A program made the translations under genes and the position numbers. Below the pieces are notes generated by a model. It worked only from the letters and a program-made list of their open reading frames with translations, ran no database searches and was not told where the DNA came from. From Pseudomonadota bacterium (GTDB lineage: Bacteria > Pseudomonadota > Alphaproteobacteria > Sphingomonadales > Sphingomonadaceae): 64,000 nt of DNA. The DNA is taken from NCBI GenBank assembly GCA_039033835.1, contig JBCCBW010000019.1, forward strand, positions 14,036 to 78,035, in the 5' to 3' direction. Positions 57,881 through 64,000 of this stretch are shown here, in pieces (the stretch's first letter is position 1; every line of letters starts with the position of its first letter).

Positions 57881-58633
57881 ATGAGCATCTCTGTCGACCT
57901 CTCCGGGCGCAATGCGCTGATCACCGGCGCATCTTCGGGCCTTGGATCTCGTTTTGGGCGCATCCTCGCTGCAAATGGAGCGAATGTCGCGCTGGGCGCC
58001 CGGCGCAAAGATCGGCTTGAGGCGTTGGCCAACGAGATTGGGCCGCAAGCCGCTGCGGTAGAGATGGATGTGGCGCGCGAGGCAGATATCGTCGCGGGCT
58101 TCGACGCTGCCGAGCGGGCTTTCGGAACCATCGATACAGTGATCGCCAATGCCGGTGTCGATGGCGCGGGCATGATCAACGATATGTCCGAAGAGGAAAT
58201 CGAGCGGACGCTGGCGATCAATCTTAAGGGGGCAATCCTGACCGCTCGCGAAGGTGCCAAGCGTATGATCGCTGCGGGCAATGTGAAGGGCCGGATCGTG
58301 ATGATCGCCTCGATCACCGCTTTCGAACCCTCGCCTGGTCTGGTTGCCTACTCGGCCAGCAAGGCCGGCGTAGTGCAGGCGGCGCGCAGCATGGCCCGTG
58401 AATGGGCGCGCGCTGGTATCTGCGTGAACACGATCTCCCCCGGCTACATCCGCACTGCGATCAACGACGAATGGTTCGACACCGATCTCGGCAAGAAGCA
58501 AATCGCGCGCTTTCCCAAGCGCCGGTTGATGGCGGAAGAAGGGCTGGACGGCCCGGTGCTGTTCCTGTGCTCCGATGCAGGGGAGTTTGTGACGGGCGCC
58601 GATTTCGTGCTGGATGACGGGCAGACGTTATAG
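57881..58633 (+). CDS. classical SDR
   Basis: TGASSGLG, ANAG, YSASK. Confidence 0.92.
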   Translation: MSISVDLSGRNALITGASSGLGSRFGRILAANGANVALGARRKDRLEALANEIGPQAAAVEMDVAREADIVAGFDAAERAFGTIDTVIANAGVDGAGMINDMSEEEIERTLAINLKGAILTAREGAKRMIAAGNVKGRIVMIASITAFEPSPGLVAYSASKAGVVQAARSMAREWARAGICVNTISPGYIRTAINDEWFDTDLGKKQIARFPKRRLMAEEGLDGPVLFLCSDAGEFVTGADFVLDDGQTL

Positions 58634-58645
58634 GGCAAAAGTTCC

Positions 58646-59338
58646 ATGCCGCATGACCGCAAGCTCTTTATCGCCTCGCCATCGATTGGCGTGAACCCTT
58701 CGGATTTCGAGTTCTTCGAAGAGCAGCGCCTCCATCGCGAAGCTGATCATTCCGCAAGGCCTCTGCACACGCAGACTGGAAACAAGGCTGCTACTCGTTT
58801 TGGTCTTCCCCAATACAAGGAAACGCCGCGTTTAAAGGTCGCACTTAAAAACAAACCGCTCGACTTCTATGGCTTCGAGCGCTGGATTCTCTCTTCGCGA
58901 GCTAAGGACCTGTTGCATGCGATGGACCCAGCCGCCTTCGATTTCAGGAAATGCGAAACAAGCGCACCGCCCCGACACAACATTGACAATTATTGGATTG
59001 GGAAGGTGCGCCGCGTGATCGAGGAATTCGACCGTGGTGCCTCGAACTTCGAAAAAGCGGGTAGGCAGTGGGATGTCGGTTTAGAAGAGTGGACTTTCAA
59101 TCACGCGATCAGAAAGCTGAACACATTGGTGCTTCATCCCGGACACGAGGAATCGTTGGCGTTCTATATCCTCGATTATTCTCTCTACCCCATTTTTGAT
59201 GGGCGGCTCGTCGAGGCAATCCGGGGTGCAGGGCTACGCGGCCTGATGTTCTCTCCGTTGCAATGGCCGGACAAAGGCGATGTGAGAACTGTCTACATCG
59301 AGAACTACGGCTACTGGAAGGATCAAGGCGCGCTATAG
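58646..59338 (+). CDS. hypothetical protein, Imm11/DUF1629-like
   Basis: WILSSRAKDLLHAMDPAAFDFRKC...YWIGKVRR pattern resembles DUF1629/Imm11 proteins; lower GC. Confidence 0.55.
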   Translation: MPHDRKLFIASPSIGVNPSDFEFFEEQRLHREADHSARPLHTQTGNKAATRFGLPQYKETPRLKVALKNKPLDFYGFERWILSSRAKDLLHAMDPAAFDFRKCETSAPPRHNIDNYWIGKVRRVIEEFDRGASNFEKAGRQWDVGLEEWTFNHAIRKLNTLVLHPGHEESLAFYILDYSLYPIFDGRLVEAIRGAGLRGLMFSPLQWPDKGDVRTVYIENYGYWKDQGAL

Positions 59339-59363
59339 ACTATGCGCTTAGCGACGGACCGAC

Positions 59364-59750
59364 TTATGCTTTCGCCGCCACCTGCTTCGCATCGAAATAA
59401 TGGATGCGCAGTTCCTTTAGCAGCCCATCCTCAAACGCGCCGCATTCGTTGACGGTCTGGCTGAACGTTTCGCCAGTGCGCATTGACGTCATGGTGAGCG
59501 TCAGAACCGTCACCGCGTGCGTATCTCCGCCGGTGATATCGTGAATATCGACGCTAGCTTCGGCCCAGGTACCGTACATCGCCGCTGCGCAGCGTTGCAG
59601 CGCATCCTTTCCGCGCCACTCACCGCCGAAGGGCAGGCATTCGGCTTCGTAAAGCACGAAATCCGGATGGATCAGCGATTCCACTTTGTCCCAGTCGCGC
59701 GCCCCAGCCGCCATATAGACCGCTGATAGCAATTCGCGCGGTGCGCTCAC
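59364..59750 (-). CDS. NTF2/SnoaL-like protein (SnoaL_2 type)
   Basis: LIHPDFVLYEAECLPFGGEWRGKD, ELRIHYFD; start inferred at GTG 59750. Confidence 0.8.
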   Translation of the reverse strand: MSAPRELLSAVYMAAGARDWDKVESLIHPDFVLYEAECLPFGGEWRGKDALQRCAAAMYGTWAEASVDIHDITGGDTHAVTVLTLTMTSMRTGETFSQTVNECGAFEDGLLKELRIHYFDAKQVAAKA

Positions 59751-59757
59751 CGCTGAG

Positions 59758-59988
59758 TTACTCAATCGTCCCGACCAGATCGCCAACCTTGTACTTCGTG
59801 CCTTCCTCACCGGTCGGGCGGATCACCCCGCCCGCTTGCGCTTCGATCTCGACCGTCGTCTTGTCGGTTTCGGCGGTGTAGATGATATCGCCTTTTGCGA
59901 CTTCCTCTCCATCGCCGAACATCCATTCGGACAGGGTCACTTCGGTTGCGCTCATCCCGAGCTTGGGGATGCGGATTTCTTCGGCCAA
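59758..59988 (-). CDS. stand-alone lipoyl carrier domain
   Basis: IPKLGMS...ETDKTTVEIEAQAGG (lipoyl Lys in DK); 76 aa with no E2 catalytic domain. Confidence 0.9.
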   Translation of the reverse strand: MAEEIRIPKLGMSATEVTLSEWMFGDGEEVAKGDIIYTAETDKTTVEIEAQAGGVIRPTGEEGTKYKVGDLVGTIE

Positions 59989-59991
59989 GGC

Positions 59992-60978
59992 TCAGTCCTT
60001 TCCTACCGAGGCTTTGATCTGTGCGACAATATCGCTCTTTTGCGGGATCCATGCCTGCTCAAGATGCGTCGCGAACGGCACTGCAGAGAATGTCCCGCCG
60101 ATGCGGCGCACCGGGCCTTTGAGGTTGTCCCAACATTTCTCCTGGATGTTCGCAGCGATCTCCGCGCCGGTGCCGAACGGGCGCACCGCCTCATGCAGGG
60201 TTAGCGCGCGCCCGGTCTTGTTGACGCTCGCAAGCACGGTTTCCTCGTCATAGGGAGCGATGGTGCGCAGGTCGATCACTTCGACGCTGATACCTTCCTT
60301 CTCCAGCTCACCGGCCACTTCCAGCGCGTCGAGCACAGTGCGGCCATAGGTGATGAGCGAGATGTCGGAGCCTTCTTTCGCCACCGCCGCCTTGCCCAGC
60401 GGCACGCGGTATCCGGGGCCGGGATCTTCCGATGTGAGCCCGTAGCACAGGATGTTTTCGATAAAGATCACCGGGTCGTTGGCATCGATCGCGGACCGCA
60501 TCAGACCGCGCGCATCGGCGGCGTTGGATGGCGTCACCACATGGATCCCGGCGACGTGAGCAAACCATGCCTCCAGCATATCCGAATGTTGCCCGCCGAA
60601 GCCGACACCCACGCCGGTGGTGGTGCGGATAACGATCGGGCACGGCGTCTGCCCGCCGCTCATGAAGCGGAGTTTAGCCGCGTGGTTGACGATCTGGTCC
60701 ATGCACACGCCCACGAAGTTCATCAGCATGATCTCTGCGATGGGACGCTGCCCGGCGAGCGCCGCGCCTACAGCGGCACCGATAATCGCGGTTTCGGAAA
60801 TCGGCGTCGCGCGGATGCGGTTCTCGCCGTATTTCTCAGACAGGCCGGAGGTGATCTTAAACACCCCGCCGCCTTGTTTGGCCGCGACATCTTCGCCCAG
60901 GCAGAACACGCCATCATCTTCGGCCATCGCCTCGTCAATCGCGAGGTTGAGCGCCTGCGTCATGGTAATCTCGGCCAT
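59992..60978 (-). CDS. 2-oxoacid/acetoin dehydrogenase E1 beta subunit
   Basis: GEDV, TPISETAIIG, QHSDMLE, VIDLRTIAP. Confidence 0.93.
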   Translation of the reverse strand: MAEITMTQALNLAIDEAMAEDDGVFCLGEDVAAKQGGGVFKITSGLSEKYGENRIRATPISETAIIGAAVGAALAGQRPIAEIMLMNFVGVCMDQIVNHAAKLRFMSGGQTPCPIVIRTTTGVGVGFGGQHSDMLEAWFAHVAGIHVVTPSNAADARGLMRSAIDANDPVIFIENILCYGLTSEDPGPGYRVPLGKAAVAKEGSDISLITYGRTVLDALEVAGELEKEGISVEVIDLRTIAPYDEETVLASVNKTGRALTLHEAVRPFGTGAEIAANIQEKCWDNLKGPVRRIGGTFSAVPFATHLEQAWIPQKSDIVAQIKASVGKD

Positions 60979-61946
60979 CAGGCAGTCTCCTCAAGCACGT
61001 CTTTGTAAATCTCATTGATGTCCGGCAGCGGCGCATCGAGTGCATGCTGAACCGCCGCGTCGATATCGGCGTCGATCTTGGCAACGATCGCGTCGAGTTC
61101 CTCTTCGGTGAACTGCCGTTCAAGCATGACCTGCCGCAGCTTTGGTAACGGGTCTTCGGCCTGCATTTCCGCAAGGTGCTCAGGCGGCATGTAGGAGAAG
61201 TCCGAGCCGAAGAAGTGGCCCATCATGCGGTAACACATTGCCTCGACCAGAACCGGCCCCTTGCCCGAACGCGCGTGCTCGACAGCTTCCTCCATCGCAG
61301 GGTAGACTTCATTGACATTGTTACCGTCGACTTTGATGCCCTTCATCCCGTATCCCGCAGCGCGGCTTGAGATGTCGGTACTGTCGGTATGGTCGGCATA
61401 GGCGGTATGCTCGCCATAGCGGTTGTTCTGGCACAGAAAGACAACCGGCAGCTTATAAAGCTGGGCCATGTTCATCGCTTCGTGGAAGCCGCCAATATTG
61501 GCCGCGCCGTCGCCAAAGCTGACGAGTGTGACCCGGCCATCGCCATTGTTCTGGCTCGCCATCGCCAGGCCGTTGGCAATCGGCAGTCCGCTGCCGACAA
61601 CGCCGGTGGTGACCATGATCCCGGTTTCGGGATCGGTGATGTGCATCGTGCCGCCTTTGCCTTTGCAGGTGCCGGTCGCCTTGCCGAGACACTCGCCCCA
61701 CCATTTCTCCAGCGGAATACCCTTCGCCGTCTGTTCGCCCTGCCCGCGATAGGTGCACACGACATAATCGTCGTCCTCCAGCGCAGCCATAGCGGCGGCA
61801 GAGACGAGCTCCTGCCCGCGCACACAATAATACATGACGGCAACTTTGCCCTGCATCAGCAGCTCGCGGAATTTCTCGTCCGTGCGGTTCACCTTCATCG
61901 TGCGGGTGTAGATATCAAGCAGCTTGTCGCGTTCTATCTCGGCCAT
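60978..61946 (-). CDS. 2-oxoacid/acetoin dehydrogenase E1 alpha subunit (TPP)
   Basis: GKGGTMH, GDGAAN...QNN TPP motif, YRMMGH. Confidence 0.93.
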   Translation of the reverse strand: MAEIERDKLLDIYTRTMKVNRTDEKFRELLMQGKVAVMYYCVRGQELVSAAAMAALEDDDYVVCTYRGQGEQTAKGIPLEKWWGECLGKATGTCKGKGGTMHITDPETGIMVTTGVVGSGLPIANGLAMASQNNGDGRVTLVSFGDGAANIGGFHEAMNMAQLYKLPVVFLCQNNRYGEHTAYADHTDSTDISSRAAGYGMKGIKVDGNNVNEVYPAMEEAVEHARSGKGPVLVEAMCYRMMGHFFGSDFSYMPPEHLAEMQAEDPLPKLRQVMLERQFTEEELDAIVAKIDADIDAAVQHALDAPLPDINEIYKDVLEETA

Positions 61947-61978
61947 GGATCGGAGCCTTCCTGTAATGGATTAAATGC

Positions 61979-62743
61979 TTAGAACTGGACGCGCTGCGTG
62001 AAGCCGCCATCGACCACGACATTCGCGCCGGTCATGTATGGGCAGGCCGGGCTCGCGACGAAGACCACCGCCTTCGCGACTTCCTCCGGCTCGCCAAAGC
62101 GGCCCATCGGTATCTTCGCCAGCGTCCCTTCGTAAAGCGGCGGCACGGCGTCCTTGATCATCTCCCAGTTTCCACCAGAATAGTAGATCGCGCCGGGTGA
62201 GACGCAGTTTACGCGGATGCCCATCGGCGCCAACGCCTGGCTCAGCTGCGAACCATGGGTGATGAGCGCGGCCTTAAGTGCGTTGAAAGCTTGCGGTGCC
62301 ACGAAAGTCTCAAGCGCTGCGGTCGATGACATCAGCACAATTGACCCGCTGTCCGAGGCTTCGAGATGCGGGGTCAGCACTTCGATCGCATGGACTGCGC
62401 CAAGGATATCCATGTCGAGACCCTGCTGCCAATCGCCTGTCCCGCCGGTGCCAGAAGAGCTGGCCATGTGAACGAAGATATCGCAGCCGCCCAGCGCATC
62501 CGCCGCATCGCCAATCCATTTCTTGTAAGCGTCCGCGCCGCTCGCCATGTCGAAGACCTCGCCATGAACCTTGCCCGGACCAGCCGCGTCTATTTCTTTC
62601 TTCGCGGCCTCGATCTTGTCTTCCTTGCGGCTGAAAAACGCGACATCCGCGCCTTCGGCAGCAAAGTGCCGGAGCGAGGCGAGGCCAAGGCCGTGCGCAC
62701 CGCCATTCATGATGACTTTCTTGCCGGTAAGTCCCAGATCCAT
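61979..62743 (-). CDS. SDR family protein (catalytic Tyr replaced by Phe)
   Basis: NGGAHGLG, FNALK at the YxxxK position, RVNCVSPG; start ATG 62743. Confidence 0.88.
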   Translation of the reverse strand: MDLGLTGKKVIMNGGAHGLGLASLRHFAAEGADVAFFSRKEDKIEAAKKEIDAAGPGKVHGEVFDMASGADAYKKWIGDAADALGGCDIFVHMASSSGTGGTGDWQQGLDMDILGAVHAIEVLTPHLEASDSGSIVLMSSTAALETFVAPQAFNALKAALITHGSQLSQALAPMGIRVNCVSPGAIYYSGGNWEMIKDAVPPLYEGTLAKIPMGRFGEPEEVAKAVVFVASPACPYMTGANVVVDGGFTQRVQF

Positions 62744-62810
62744 CGCACACTCTCCCAACTCGTTGAATAATGCGAAGGGGATAGCGGAGGCTTGGCAGCA
62801 AGCGCACTCG

Positions 62811-63494
62811 TCAAAAGTGGGGGGAGTGGTAGACAAGCGCCGAAAGGCCGAGCCACGTCGTGAACATTATCAGATAGGGCCAACGGCGGGGCCACAACAA
62901 GGTAACGAGAAGAGTAGCGGCCGCGGTCCCGCCAAGGGCGATCAAGGCAGAGCTTGCCGCGAAAGTGCCGGTGAGTGCCGTTTGGATCGCTATGCTGGCC
63001 CATTGAGCGGGAAGGAGCGCCAACAGCCAGTCCGGCAAGGCACCTGGCTCCGCCACCGCTGTTAACACGACAGCCGCTTCGCCCGCGACCACAAAGACGG
63101 CAATCCACCAGCCTTTGTCCGACGCGCTACGGGCAAATAGAGCGCCTCGCGCGGCGAAACTGATGCTGGCGATGACGACGGCAATCCCGATAGGAACAAA
63201 GTGTGGCTGGATTGGCAGACCACGCGCAAACGCGATCAATACGAGGCCGGTGCCGGTAAGAAGAGCCAAAAGGACCCCAACCCAGAGACGCCCGGCAGCA
63301 GCAGCCGCAATCATGCCAGTGCCCATCAGCCCTATCGCCACGATCGGACTGGCTATTGCGACAAGCGAGTCGGGAGCAGATGCATCGACAAACAGAAGCA
63401 TCGCTATGGCTGGCGCCGCGATCCCTGCCAGCGAACCGGACAACCAGGCCAGCCATGGCGAGCCAGGTGGCTGAGCGTGCAATGTGGGCTCCAT
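62811..63494 (-). CDS. hypothetical multi-pass membrane protein
   Basis: hydrophobic 227-aa ORF from ATG 63494. Confidence 0.55.
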   Translation of the reverse strand: MEPTLHAQPPGSPWLAWLSGSLAGIAAPAIAMLLFVDASAPDSLVAIASPIVAIGLMGTGMIAAAAAGRLWVGVLLALLTGTGLVLIAFARGLPIQPHFVPIGIAVVIASISFAARGALFARSASDKGWWIAVFVVAGEAAVVLTAVAEPGALPDWLLALLPAQWASIAIQTALTGTFAASSALIALGGTAAATLLVTLLWPRRWPYLIMFTTWLGLSALVYHSPHF

Positions 63495-63570
63495 GAGAAG
63501 GACACTGGTCAAAGCATACGCCAATGTCGAGCTGGAAGGATCAGTGGCACTTAGCTTGGGTGACTGAAAA

Positions 63571-63696
63571 ATGGTGCTGCCGAATGAAGAACGTTTGAAC
63601 ACTCTCTTCGATGAGCTTGCACGGTGGAATTCCATACTCGAAGCCGAAAACATCGATTGGCACGCGATCCAAGCACCCGACGACATGGAACCGTGA
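63571..63696 (+). CDS. small acidic hypothetical protein (41 aa)
   Basis: hand translation MVLPNEERLNTLFDELARWNSILEAENIDWHAIQAPDDMEP; ends 9 nt before the mobC-like ATG. Confidence 0.35.
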   Translation: MVLPNEERLNTLFDELARWNSILEAENIDWHAIQAPDDMEP

Positions 63697-63705
63697 GGTC
63701 GTGCG

Positions 63706-64000
63706 ATGGCAAAGCAGAACCTCACAATTCGGTTCTCAGATGATCAGCGCGCTACATTGGAGCGGCGCGCTGGCAGTCGCCCGCTTGCAGACTACATTCG
63801 CGAAGAACTCGATCTGGCGGACACTCAGACCAAGGTTCGTCGCTACAAACCAAAAACCGACGCGGTAGCAATGGCGCAAATACTCGCTGCGCTCGGCTCT
63901 TCCGATCTGTCCGCTTCAATGCGCGACATTGCCCATGCGGCGCGAAACGGTGCGCTCGAAGACTCCGATGATCTGCGACTGTCGCTGCATGCGGCCTGTC
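63706..64000 (+). CDS. mobC: MobC-like ribbon-helix-helix relaxosome accessory protein (truncated by window end)
   Basis: hand translation MAKQNLTIRFSDDQRATLERRAGSRPLADYIREEL...AVAMAQILAALGSSDLSASMRDIAHAARNGAL...; not in the ORF track because there is no stop in the window. Confidence 0.75.
   Translation, partial: MAKQNLTIRFSDDQRATLERRAGSRPLADYIREELDLADTQTKVRRYKPKTDAVAMAQILAALGSSDLSASMRDIAHAARNGALEDSDDLRLSLHAAC

Noticed and set aside
1-64000. CRISPR array, rRNA/tRNA genes, prophage or defence systems
   Set aside because: I saw no regularly spaced direct repeats, RNA-gene signatures or phage/defence proteins; the repeats found are isolated palindromes.

Overview
GC-rich alphaproteobacterial chromosome segment; gene content and repeat types suggest Sphingomonadales/Erythrobacteraceae (inference). 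0-12 kb is housekeeping: petABC, pgeF, pepN, an EamA transporter, a threonine aldolase-family gene and a YdbS/YdbT-like pair, with a 179-bp MITE-like palindrome whose ends supply the stop codons of two convergent genes. An autotransporter follows. About 14.6-62.7 kb is a dense catabolic gene cluster for an unidentified hydrophobic substrate. It holds 3 Rieske oxygenase alpha subunits, 2 P450s, a KstD-like flavoprotein (frameshifted by one extra G), a single-subunit molybdoenzyme with its own mobA, 8 SDRs, 3 NADP-dependent MDR reductases, 7 NTF2/SnoaL/epoxide-hydrolase-like proteins, 2 VOC, 2 ThuA-like proteins, 3 acyl-CoA dehydrogenases, 2 acyl-CoA ligases, a DUF35/atypical thiolase pair, an E1alpha/E1beta/free-lipoyl module, a TonB-dependent receptor and an MFS. 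I found no ferredoxin or reductase gene and only one regulator, a LuxR solo lacking key AHL-binding residues. A CAAA(A)GTG motif recurs in several promoter regions. The window ends in a MobC-like relaxosome gene. All family assignments come from motif recognition by eye; no database searches were run.
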